Both the position numbers and the translations under genes were made by a program. Below are positions 20,263-29,260 of a stretch of DNA of 64,000 nt, piece after piece. The stretch's first letter is position 1. Each line of letters starts with the position of its first letter. Under the pieces are notes generated by a model. The model was not told where the DNA came from, did no database searches, and worked only from the letters and a program-made list of their open reading frames with translations. The DNA is taken from contig CANQON010000005.1 of NCBI GenBank assembly GCA_947625505.1, positions 819 through 64,818 on the forward strand, given 5' to 3'. Origin of the DNA: an uncultured Bacilli bacterium. GTDB taxonomy: Bacteria > Bacillota_I > Bacilli_A > RF39 > UBA660.

Positions 20263-20928
20263 CTATTTTTTTAATAATTTAGAAAGTAAACTGACAATAC
20301 AAGTAATTAAAGATGCTAAAGACAAATAGCGCATCGCATTACTAACTATCGTTAAATCTTCTAGTTCACTTTTCTTTACTAATTGTAATTTTTTTAGTTC
20401 TAGATTACCACGTTTCATTGCATCTATATCTAATTTAAACATTATAAGATGGAATAGTTCAACAAAGAACATAACAGATATGGCCATCTTTATATATAAG
20501 AAAGATGTAGAAGCAAGCGCTAATAATAATCCAGCATATCCTAAATAAGTAATAATGGTAACAGTAGGAAGTAAAAGTCCTTTAATTTTTAATAATAACG
20601 ATTTATTTTTACCTTTAATAGCATATGCACTTTCTTTAGCCGCTAAAGCTAAAGAAATCATTGATGCTTCATGAAAAGTATGCGTTGAAAGACGTATTAC
20701 ATTACGATTAATATCATAATGATCTTCTAAGAATCCTTTTACTTCAACTACATATACATTATCTAATCCATTATTAGAAAGTATTTTAAGAGCTACTTCA
20801 CAACCACTTAATGAACTCTTATTATCTATTTTTTTATATTTATTATAAGTAGTAAAAACTTTAACAAAAGAATATATAGCAATTCCAAAAGTAAAAAAGG
20901 TTATAACAGTAAATATAATAGTATCCAT
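20263..20928 (-). CDS. YugP-like membrane protein (Zn_peptidase_2 family) with degenerate HExxH
   Basis: Family layout is present (GFLEDHYDINRNVIRLS..., TM helices at both ends), but the metal motif reads AAKESAYAI instead of AAHExGHAI. The start overlaps the cysS stop (TAATG). Confidence 0.65.
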   Translation of the reverse strand: MDTIIFTVITFFTFGIAIYSFVKVFTTYNKYKKIDNKSSLSGCEVALKILSNNGLDNVYVVEVKGFLEDHYDINRNVIRLSTHTFHEASMISLALAAKESAYAIKGKNKSLLLKIKGLLLPTVTIITYLGYAGLLLALASTSFLYIKMAISVMFFVELFHLIMFKLDIDAMKRGNLELKKLQLVKKSELEDLTIVSNAMRYLSLASLITCIVSLLSKLLKK

Positions 20929-22316
20929 TATTTTACCTCATATTTAGTTCCTTCTCGTGTATCTATTAAAACAATACCTTTATCTAGTAGTTCATCTCTT
21001 ATCTCATCAGCTAAAGCAAAATCTTTATTCTTTTTAGCTTCTGTTCTTCTTTGAATAGAATCTAATATATAAGTTTCTAATTCACTACTTATACTATTTT
21101 GTTCATTAACTAATAAATCTAGTGATAACACTTTATCAAATTCTTTTACTAAATATCTTTTTTGAGCATTACTTAAATCACTTTTTAAAACATCATATAA
21201 AATAGTAAGCGCTAAAGAAGTATTTAAATCATCGGCTAAAGCATCTTTAAATTGTTTTATATATTCTTCCGTATTGGTCTTATCTTCTTCTTCTCCTAAA
21301 TTAAGAGTTTTAGCTTTTAACTTATTATAAGCCTGTGTCATATTATCTAAAGCTTCATATGAAAAGACAAGTAATTTACGATAATGAGAATTCAAACACA
21401 TAAAACGATAAGCTAAAGGATTATATCCTTTATTTTTTAATAGTGACACTGTTAAGAAATCACCTTTACTTTTAGCCATCTTACCTGACTTATCATTTAA
21501 ATGTTCACCATGTACCCAATAATTACACCATTTATGTCCTAAATAAGCTTCTGATTGCGCTATTTCATTAGTATGATGAGGGAATATATTATCTACTCCT
21601 CCACAATGTATATCTAGTTCTTCACCTAAATACTTCATGCTAATACCTGAACATTCAATATGCCATCCAGGATAACCATATCCCCATGGACTATCCCATT
21701 TTAACTCTTGATCTTCAAATTTAGACTTCGTAAACCATAAAACAAAATCAGCTTGATTATGTTTGTTATCGTCAGCTTCAACGCCTTCTCTAACACCAAC
21801 AACCATCTCATCTTCTTTATGATTAGTTAGTACATAATAATCATCTAATTTTGATGTATCAAAATAAACATTACCACCAGATATATAAGCATATCCATCA
21901 TCTAATAATTTAGTAATAATCTTTATATATTCATCAATATTATCAGTAGCCTTGGAAACAATCATAGGCCATTTAATATTAAGTTCATCACAATCATCCA
22001 TAAAAGCTTTAGTATAAAAATCAGCTATCTCTAGAACACTTTTATGTTCTCTTTTAGCTCCTTTTAACATCTTATCTTCTCCAGAATCAGAGTCACTACT
22101 TAAATGTCCTACATCAGTGATATTCATACATCGTTTAACATTATATCCTAAAAAGTTTAAAGACTTTTCAAAAATATCCTCAAAGATATAGGTCCTTAAA
22201 TTACCTATGTGCGCATAATGATATACTGTAGGTCCACAAGTATACATTGTTACTACATTATCATTATGTGGCTTAAAATCTTCAACACGATGTGTCAATG
22301 TATTATATATTTTCAC
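20928..22316 (-). CDS. cysS: cysteine--tRNA ligase
   Basis: HIGN (HYAHIGN) and KMAKS class I motifs. Start taken at the GTG (VKIYNTLT...) 7 nt after GAGGAG. Confidence 0.92.
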   Translation of the reverse strand: MKIYNTLTHRVEDFKPHNDNVVTMYTCGPTVYHYAHIGNLRTYIFEDIFEKSLNFLGYNVKRCMNITDVGHLSSDSDSGEDKMLKGAKREHKSVLEIADFYTKAFMDDCDELNIKWPMIVSKATDNIDEYIKIITKLLDDGYAYISGGNVYFDTSKLDDYYVLTNHKEDEMVVGVREGVEADDNKHNQADFVLWFTKSKFEDQELKWDSPWGYGYPGWHIECSGISMKYLGEELDIHCGGVDNIFPHHTNEIAQSEAYLGHKWCNYWVHGEHLNDKSGKMAKSKGDFLTVSLLKNKGYNPLAYRFMCLNSHYRKLLVFSYEALDNMTQAYNKLKAKTLNLGEEEDKTNTEEYIKQFKDALADDLNTSLALTILYDVLKSDLSNAQKRYLVKEFDKVLSLDLLVNEQNSISSELETYILDSIQRRTEAKKNKDFALADEIRDELLDKGIVLIDTREGTKYEVK

Positions 22317-22405
22317 AATATCACTCCTCACATTTCATTATATCATATTAACACTCTAAAATGAAAAAAAATGCTTATTTAAGCATTTTTATTCTTATAT
22401 TATGA

Positions 22406-24028
22406 TTATTCTCCGATTTTATATTGACCTACTTCATAATCGTATACTGTAACATTATTTTCAGCACAGTAACCAGTAATCATTAAAACAATTTCACTAT
22501 ATGGAGTAAGACCATTATCCATATCAGATACATAAGATGTCATATCACCAACAAATTGATCATTATTAATCTTAGATTTGTTATTTAAAAGTGTATAATA
22601 TGTAATCCAATCTACTACTTGATTTCCACCTAAAGATAAGGCATTTTTATCTAATGTAACAGGAGCAGTTAATTCTCCATTAGCATCTTTTTCTTGATAT
22701 GAAATAGTAGTTTGAGATGAATATTGAGTATAACCTTTAAGTTTTAATAAAGCATCTTCTCTAACAGCTGCATCATCAGAATGTACATCATGAGCAACTT
22801 TAACAATAGCTCTTACTGATAATATATCTGTTTTAGAATCTAAGAAGAAATGTCCATAATCATAAAGATCAGTAGCTGTTAAATTATATATTTCAATTTT
22901 TTCAACAGCTGATTCAGCATCTCTAAATAATTTATTAATATCAAAACTTCCATCAGTTGCATATACTTTAGCAAAAGCATTACCATTATTAGTTGAATCA
23001 GCGAAGTAATTAATATTAGCAATAGCAAATAAAGCTTTAGCTTCTTCTTCTGTAACATTCATCTTACTTGTTTCATTAGCTAAGATAGGAATTATTTTAT
23101 TCATTCTTTCTACTAAAGCATTTGTTTCTTCTTCAGATACTTGAGGATTTGTTACAGATGCTATAGCATTATTTCTAATCATAACTTCTTGAATTCTAGC
23201 AATTGAATCTTGAGCTCTTAAACTATTATCTAATTCAGCTCTCTCTTCTGTAGGAATCTTTTCTTGACATTCTACAGATATACTTTGCATATAGATAGTA
23301 GCAATTAAGTTTCCACCTTTAGATGTTTCAATTTCAGCAACTTCAACGATATCATCACCTATTTTAACAGGAATTTTACCTTTACCAGTTGCAAAATCTT
23401 TAATTAAATTAAATATCTCTTCAACTCTTTCTTGAGTTGTTTCTGGATTTTTAATCTCTCTTAAATAAGAATCTAAAACATTAACAATTGCTTGATCTTT
23501 AGTAGAAATTAAAAGGCTACCAACTTTGTAAATATCATCAGAAGTTGTATTATGCTCACGTAATTGACCTAATAAAGAATTAGCATTTTTGATTTCATTT
23601 TCAATATTAATACCTTTACCATAATAATTAGTTAAGATTCCTGCATTATTCTCATCTAAATATTGAATATTAAATATCATTAAAGCAGATTTAAATGCTT
23701 CATAATCAATATTATTAACTTTTCCTTGAATACCTGCCCATGCTTCATCAACAAATGAATTCCAATCTTCTTCAGTAATAGTAAATGTTTCACTATCAGG
23801 TACTTGAACAGTTGTATCAGGTGTTTCAGTACTTTCTGTTACACTTGTAGATGGAGTATCTGGATCAGTATTCTTAGAATTACCACAACCAGTTAATACA
23901 GATGTCATTAATACAGCAGATAATCCAATAGCTGCAAGTCTTTTTCCTAATCCTTTTCTTTTTGTCTTTGCATTTCCATTCTTAAATATTTGAGTTAATT
24001 TTTCTAAGTTAAATAAATTCTTTTTCAT
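22406..24028 (-). CDS. lipoprotein, function unknown
   Basis: Signal peptide with lipobox (LSAVLMTSVLTGC|GNS), then a T/S/P/D-rich linker. 540 aa. Confidence 0.75.
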   Translation of the reverse strand: MKKNLFNLEKLTQIFKNGNAKTKRKGLGKRLAAIGLSAVLMTSVLTGCGNSKNTDPDTPSTSVTESTETPDTTVQVPDSETFTITEEDWNSFVDEAWAGIQGKVNNIDYEAFKSALMIFNIQYLDENNAGILTNYYGKGINIENEIKNANSLLGQLREHNTTSDDIYKVGSLLISTKDQAIVNVLDSYLREIKNPETTQERVEEIFNLIKDFATGKGKIPVKIGDDIVEVAEIETSKGGNLIATIYMQSISVECQEKIPTEERAELDNSLRAQDSIARIQEVMIRNNAIASVTNPQVSEEETNALVERMNKIIPILANETSKMNVTEEEAKALFAIANINYFADSTNNGNAFAKVYATDGSFDINKLFRDAESAVEKIEIYNLTATDLYDYGHFFLDSKTDILSVRAIVKVAHDVHSDDAAVREDALLKLKGYTQYSSQTTISYQEKDANGELTAPVTLDKNALSLGGNQVVDWITYYTLLNNKSKINNDQFVGDMTSYVSDMDNGLTPYSEIVLMITGYCAENNVTVYDYEVGQYKIGE

Positions 24029-24091
24029 ATAAAAATTCCCCTCTTTTCATAAGATGTCGTCTATATTAACACTTTTTTCTTTATTTGTCAA
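24029..24091 (-). promoter_or_regulatory. promoter and leader, copy 1 of a shared element
   Basis: On the minus strand: TTGACA, 17 nt, TGT-TAATAT, then leader ..CATCTTATGAAAAGAGGGGAA.. before the ATG. Roughly 80% identical to 32971-33032. Confidence 0.6.
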
Positions 24092-24135
24092 ATCATAATA
24101 AATATTATTTTTTATATCTTTTTAAATAATATCTC

Positions 24136-24164
24136 TTGCATTAAAATCATAATTATGTTATATT
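24136..24164 (+). promoter_or_regulatory. promoter of the tRNA pair
   Basis: TTGCAT, 17 nt, (TGt)TATATT, ending 11 nt before the first tRNA. Confidence 0.55.
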
Positions 24165-24175
24165 TAAGAAGTCAT

Positions 24176-24252
24176 GGATCTTTAGCTCAGTTGGTTAGAG
24201 CATCCGGCTCATAACCGGGCGGTCGTAGGTTCGAGTCCTACAAGATCCACCA
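24176..24252 (+). tRNA. tRNA with CAT anticodon (Met, or lysidine-type Ile2), CCA encoded
   Basis: 77-nt cloverleaf with acceptor GGATCTT/AAGATCC, anticodon loop CTCATAA and T-arm GTAGG-TTCGAGT-CCTAC. The body resembles Firmicute tRNA-Ile(CAU), from memory only. Confidence 0.85.
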
Positions 24253-24254
24253 CT

Positions 24255-24339
24255 GCGAGTGTGGCGAAATTGGCAGACGCACTAGACTTAGGATCTAGCG
24301 CCGCAAGGCATGGGGGTTCAAGTCCCTTCACTCGCACCA
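24255..24339 (+). tRNA. tRNA-Leu (TAG anticodon), CCA encoded
   Basis: 85 nt with acceptor GCGAGTG/CACTCGC, anticodon stem CTAGA/TCTAG with loop CTTAGGA, and a long variable arm. Lies 2 nt after the previous tRNA. Confidence 0.85.
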
Positions 24340-24446
24340 TTGATATTTCTGTTCGATTTATTCGAACTTTAAATATATTTTCAGTCTAGATATGACTGAT
24401 TTTTTATTATCAAAATAGCAAAGTCATTTTAAATAGGAGTAAATTT

Positions 24447-24977
24447 ATGTTAGAAACAGTTGGTAAAATAATGAATTTAATGGATTCAATTGAATATGGA
24501 TTTAAGGATGAAGATGGAAATAATATAATAAATATCAATACCCAAAAATGGGATGAAGAATTTGAAAATTTCTATTATCTACAAACGCCTGAAGAATTAA
24601 TGCAATCAAAATGTGGGGTATGTTGGGATCAGGTAGAATTAGAAAGAAAATTATTTTCTGAAAATAATATAACAATAAAAACATATTTTATCTTTATCTC
24701 AGATGGATATATGTTACCTTCACATACTTTTTTAACTTTTGAAAATAATGGTAAGCACTATTGGTTTGAACATTCTTGGAGTAAATATAAAGGAATTCAT
24801 GAATACATAACTAAAGAATTTTTATTAAAAGATATAATAGATAAATTTAGAAATGACCATAGTGAAGTTAAAGCAAATGCTAATTTGTATTTATATGAAT
24901 ATCAAAAACCGAAAGATCACATTTCTTGTAATGATTTTTACAAATATATTGAAACGCAAAAACTTATTGAACTTTAA
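24447..24977 (+). CDS. hypothetical protein, possible transglutaminase/papain-like Cys-His fold
   Basis: GGAG RBS. CGVCWDQVELERKLF ... SHTFLTF..YWFEHSW resembles the Cys...His...acidic order of transglutaminase-like cores. Weak assignment. Confidence 0.4.
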   Translation: MLETVGKIMNLMDSIEYGFKDEDGNNIININTQKWDEEFENFYYLQTPEELMQSKCGVCWDQVELERKLFSENNITIKTYFIFISDGYMLPSHTFLTFENNGKHYWFEHSWSKYKGIHEYITKEFLLKDIIDKFRNDHSEVKANANLYLYEYQKPKDHISCNDFYKYIETQKLIEL

Positions 24978-25008
24978 TTTACTACGTCATTCACACAACT
25001 AATATATA

Positions 25009-25033
25009 AATCAATCATAAGATTGATTTTTTT
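25009..25033 (+). terminator. rho-independent terminator
   Basis: AATCAATC-ataa-GATTGATT followed by TTTTT. Confidence 0.7.
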
Positions 25034-25036
25034 ATA

Positions 25037-25061
25037 TTAAAAAATAGCACAAGGCTATTTT
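25037..25061 (-). terminator. rho-independent terminator after the extended zinc-ribbon reading frame
   Basis: On the minus strand, AAATAGC-cttgt-GCTATTT followed by a T run, 8 nt after the TAG at 25069-25071. Confidence 0.65.
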
Positions 25062-25068
25062 AAACTTT

Positions 25069-25638
25069 CTATTCTACAATTTCTACATCATTTGCTTTAA
25101 ATGAAAATATTTTCAAATTATCTTTTTTGTTTCCTTTATATTTAGCAACTAAAATATAATAATCATCGGAATATGTTTCCAAAACTATTTCTACATTCCT
25201 TTCATATTCTTTACTACCTAATAGTTCATCATTATTATTGTAATGATTTACTTCAATAGACTCTACTCTATTTGGGATAAATAAATCAAGGGGAATCTTA
25301 TCTTAATTTTCTTTCGATATTAAATAATAAGCTTTATTATCTTTTGTATAATAAATATCATACATATCATTTCCTAATATTTTTAAATGTGTTCCATTTT
25401 CAAGACAAAATAGAATACCAAAAGATAATATAAATATAATTACTAATGTTTTAAAAATCCAATGATCTAGTATAACGGTTAAAGTAAAACGATTATACCA
25501 TTTTTCAAATAAATCAATTTTACCATATATCGTTTTTTGATAAGCTTTTTCCTTTTCTTTTTTAGTAAACTTTTTAGCACATTTCTTACAATAATTTGCT
25601 TTTATAGCATTATCAGTTTTACATTTACTACATTTCAT
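25069..25638 (-). pseudogene. zinc-ribbon membrane protein interrupted by one in-frame TAA (25303-25305)
   Basis: The 111-codon ORF (MKCSKCKTDNAIKANYCKKCAKKF.., one TM) ends at TAA. The same frame stays open for 77 more codons with no Met (DKIPLDLFIPNRVESIEV...VEIVE) to TAG 25069-25071, followed by a terminator. Confidence 0.6.
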
Positions 25639-25641
25639 AAT

Positions 25642-26520
25642 TTACCCCACATCACACATATTACATTTATCATTGAAAATGTATCCATCTTGGCATGATA
25701 GAGATGGTGTTTCTTCTTCTTTTATAATACACTTATTATTATCTAGTTCTCCCTTTTCACATGTATATTCTTTTTTAGGTGTTTTACTTGTTCTACATTC
25801 ACCATCAATAAGAGTTGTCCCTTTAGCACAAACAGGAACAGAAGTAAAACTTATTGGTAGATTACTTCCAGCATTACACTTTCCATCAACCCATCCATCA
25901 CTATTACATACACTCATATAACATAAATTACCTTCTATATGCGCTCCTATTATATTTTTATCATTTTTACTTGATAATCCAACTTGCTTTGCTATTTCAT
26001 CAGTAACAATACATTGTTTTTCATAGGTAGTATAAGTCTTATTACTAACGCATTTACTTCCTTTTAAATAATATCCATTTTCACAAACATTATTTTCTTT
26101 GGCCTCAATAGTAGATTCTTTTAGGCATTTACCATCAACTAATTCATACCCTTCTGAACAAATTGATACAGGATTTAATGAATTAACTTTATGACAGGTT
26201 GTCGAAACAACAGGTGCTTTCTTGACTTTTGTATAAACTTTGCTACTAGTATTATTCACATAAGTAATAGTTGATACGCCTGTAAAAACTATAGTAGCAA
26301 CAAATACAGCACCAAATAAATGACTTATTAAAAATCTTGCCAGAAGCGAAAAAATATTATCTGTTATATCACTTTTTATTTTATCTTTGGTATGGTTATA
26401 TATAAATTCTCTAAAAAGATGATCTTTAACTTCTATCTTTTCTTTACATTCCTTACAAACTTTAGACTTATTAGAATTTTTAGTTCCACAGTTAGGACAA
26501 TATATATATTTATTTTTCAT
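25642..26520 (-). CDS. zinc-ribbon membrane protein with Cys-rich repeated ectodomain
   Basis: MKNKYIYCPNCGTKNSNKSKVCKECKEK, one TM, then five or more C-x2-G-(Y)-x-L-x3-(K/E)-C modules (CSEGYELVDGKC, CENGYYLKGSKC, CAKGTTLIDGEC, CEKGELDNNKC, CQDGYIFNDKC). Confidence 0.7.
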   Translation of the reverse strand: MKNKYIYCPNCGTKNSNKSKVCKECKEKIEVKDHLFREFIYNHTKDKIKSDITDNIFSLLARFLISHLFGAVFVATIVFTGVSTITYVNNTSSKVYTKVKKAPVVSTTCHKVNSLNPVSICSEGYELVDGKCLKESTIEAKENNVCENGYYLKGSKCVSNKTYTTYEKQCIVTDEIAKQVGLSSKNDKNIIGAHIEGNLCYMSVCNSDGWVDGKCNAGSNLPISFTSVPVCAKGTTLIDGECRTSKTPKKEYTCEKGELDNNKCIIKEEETPSLSCQDGYIFNDKCNMCDVG

Positions 26521-26632
26521 ATTATCACCACCTAGATTGTATCAATTTTCTAATGAAAAGTCTTTAGTTTTTATAAAATTTATTTATAAAGAATAATATT
26601 ATTTGTTATAATAGCTATATAAGGTGAATGAA

Positions 26633-27202
26633 ATGAAATATGAAGATATACTAAAAGATGAAGTAATAATTAATAAATTAAAGGAAATAGATGCAAATAA
26701 TACTGGTAAAGTTTTACATGGCATAAAACATGCTGAAGGCGTTATAATTAATGTTACTAAAATGTGTCAGTTATTAAATATTAATGATAAAGATACTAAC
26801 TTATTAAAGATGGCTGCCCTACTCCATGATATAGGACAAATTTATGGGAATGCTAAGCACTGTGAAAAAGGTTATGAATTTGTTAATGAGTACTTTAAAA
26901 ATAAGCTAAATAAAGAAGACCTAAATAAAATTAGTTTAGCTATTTTACATCATCATGATAAAGAAGAAATATCTTCGATGTCTTTATTTAATCATATCCT
27001 TTTGATATGTGATAAATTAGATTTTGGTCATTCCAGAATTAATCCATTTTATTTAGAAAAAAATCCTGATGATGTTGCATGCCTTATCGATAGAGTTGAT
27101 TTTGAAATATCTGAAAATATATTTAAAGTAAATATATATTTATATGAAGATATAGATAAAAAAGTATGGGAATATTATCCTAAAATAAAAGGAAAGAATT
27201 AA
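26633..27202 (+). CDS. HD domain phosphohydrolase
   Basis: H..HD metal motif (HGIKHAEGV ... ALLHDIGQ) and later ILHHHDK. ATG taken behind AAGGTGA. Confidence 0.7.
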   Translation: MKYEDILKDEVIINKLKEIDANNTGKVLHGIKHAEGVIINVTKMCQLLNINDKDTNLLKMAALLHDIGQIYGNAKHCEKGYEFVNEYFKNKLNKEDLNKISLAILHHHDKEEISSMSLFNHILLICDKLDFGHSRINPFYLEKNPDDVACLIDRVDFEISENIFKVNIYLYEDIDKKVWEYYPKIKGKN

Positions 27203-27261
27203 GGAATTTGCTAAAAAGATAAATAAAAATGATGAAATAGAATTTATAAAGGAGAATTAGT

Positions 27262-28146
27262 ATGTTACCTAGTTATCTAATGGATAAATTAAATACGGAA
27301 TATAAAGATTTAAGTGATAAAATACTCATGGGTTATCAAGAAAGATTAACATCATTACGTCTTAATACTTTAAAAGAAGATAAAGATATCATCTTAGAGG
27401 AATTAAAACGTGATGGCTTAGAATTACAAAGTGTTACATGGTATTCTAATGCCTATATTGTATTAAATAAAAAAGAAGATGATATAAAAAAGTTGGATGC
27501 TTATAATAATGGATTAATTTATTTACAGAGTCTTTCTTCGATGTTACCCGTTTTAGCACTTTCTCCAAAAGATAATGAGCATATATTAGATATGTGTGCT
27601 GCTCCTGGTTCTAAAACAACCCAAATAGCTATGGAAACAAATAATAAAGTACGTATCACAGCGTGTGAAAAAAATAAAATACGTGCTGATAGATTAAAAT
27701 ATAATTTAAATAAACAAGGTGTTACTTGTACTACCATTCTAATGGAAGATGCGAGATATCTAGATCCTTTCTTCTCTTTTGATAAAATATTATTAGATGC
27801 TCCTTGTAGTGGAAGTGGAACCTTAACTAATCCAGATTCTAATAATGATATCTTTACCGAAGAAAGAATAACAAAGATTACCAATCGTCAGTTAGAATTA
27901 CTACGTAAAGCATTAAGCCTTCTAAAAAAAGATCAAACAATGATTTATTCTACTTGCTCTATATTAAAAGAAGAAAATGAAGACATCATAAAAAAAGTAA
28001 TGCAAGAATATAATATAGAATTACTACCTATAGAATTAAATATATCTAAAGATAACTATTTACCTAGTACTTTAGATAATGTTATTACGATTTGTCCTAA
28101 TAAATATTTTGAAGGCTTTTTTATCGCTAAAATACATAAATTATAA
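27262..28146 (+). CDS. RsmB/RsmF family rRNA (cytosine-C5)-methyltransferase
   Basis: SAM motif DMCAAPGSKTT, catalytic DAPCSGSG and YSTCS motifs. Confidence 0.85.
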   Translation: MLPSYLMDKLNTEYKDLSDKILMGYQERLTSLRLNTLKEDKDIILEELKRDGLELQSVTWYSNAYIVLNKKEDDIKKLDAYNNGLIYLQSLSSMLPVLALSPKDNEHILDMCAAPGSKTTQIAMETNNKVRITACEKNKIRADRLKYNLNKQGVTCTTILMEDARYLDPFFSFDKILLDAPCSGSGTLTNPDSNNDIFTEERITKITNRQLELLRKALSLLKKDQTMIYSTCSILKEENEDIIKKVMQEYNIELLPIELNISKDNYLPSTLDNVITICPNKYFEGFFIAKIHKL

Positions 28147-28201
28147 ATATTAGTTTAATCTAATATTTTTTTATTGTATAATAATCTTAGGAGATGATAA
28201 T

Positions 28202-29233
28202 ATGATTAAGCCAGAAAAATTAAAAAAAGGTGATAAAATTGCTATTGTAAGTCTTTCTGCAGGATTATTAGGTGAAGAAGCCCTAATTCATAAATTAGAT
28301 ATAGCTAAAGAAAGATTAGAAAAAATATTTGGTTTAGAGGTAGTTACAATGCCTAATGCTTTAAAAGGTATTAAGTATTTATATGAACATCCTGAAGCAC
28401 GTGCTAAAGACTTAATGGATGCCTTTAAAGATAAAACAATTAAGGGTATCTTTTGTGCTATAGGAGGAAATGATTCAATTCGTTTACTACCTTATATCGA
28501 TTTTGATGTAATAAAAAAGAATCCTAAAGTATTTATGGGATATTCAGATACAACATCTAATCACTTTATGATGCGAAAAGCAGGACTTATATCTTTCTAT
28601 GGACCAACTATTATGTGTGAAATAGCTGATTATGTTAAAATGCCTGATTATGTCAAAAAAGCTATGGAAAATATTCTTTTTAAAGATAGTACAGGCTATG
28701 AAATAAAATCAAGTGAATATTGGTCAAAAGATTACATTCCATGGGGAATTGAAAATATTAATAAAGAAAAAGAAATGACTAAAGAAGAACATGGATATGA
28801 AGTATTACAAGGAAGTGGAACTATAACAGGAGAAGTTATTGGAGGATGTATTGATGTATTCCCAATGGTTAATGGAACATCAATATGGCCTAAATTAGAT
28901 GAATGGAAAGATAAAATATTATTACTAGAAACAAGTGAAGAAGAAATTGCTCCTGATACCCTTTTATATTATTTAAGAAACTTAGGAGCTCAAGGTATAT
29001 TAAATGTTATTAAAGGTATTATCGTGGGTAAACCATCTATGGAAAAATACTATGATGAATATAAAGAAATCTATTTAAAAGTAATGAAAGAATTTAATCT
29101 AACTAATTTACCTATTATGTATAATATAAATGTAGGACATGCTTTCTTTACAGGTATTATTCCTTTAGGAGGAATAATCACTGTTGATTATGATAATAAG
29201 AAAATATTTATTGCTGAATCTCCTACCAAATAA
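28202..29233 (+). CDS. LD-carboxypeptidase (peptidase S66, LdcA/MccF-like)
   Basis: Nucleophile elbow GYSDTT plus a C-terminal E...H region (LLLETSEE, NVGHA). Confidence 0.85.
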   Translation: MIKPEKLKKGDKIAIVSLSAGLLGEEALIHKLDIAKERLEKIFGLEVVTMPNALKGIKYLYEHPEARAKDLMDAFKDKTIKGIFCAIGGNDSIRLLPYIDFDVIKKNPKVFMGYSDTTSNHFMMRKAGLISFYGPTIMCEIADYVKMPDYVKKAMENILFKDSTGYEIKSSEYWSKDYIPWGIENINKEKEMTKEEHGYEVLQGSGTITGEVIGGCIDVFPMVNGTSIWPKLDEWKDKILLLETSEEEIAPDTLLYYLRNLGAQGILNVIKGIIVGKPSMEKYYDEYKEIYLKVMKEFNLTNLPIMYNINVGHAFFTGIIPLGGIITVDYDNKKIFIAESPTK

Positions 29234-29260
29234 AAAAGTATATTGATATATACTTTTTTT
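29232..29260. terminator. bidirectional terminator
   Basis: 12-bp stem AAAAAAGTATAT-tgat-ATATACTTTTTT between convergent genes. Confidence 0.75.
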
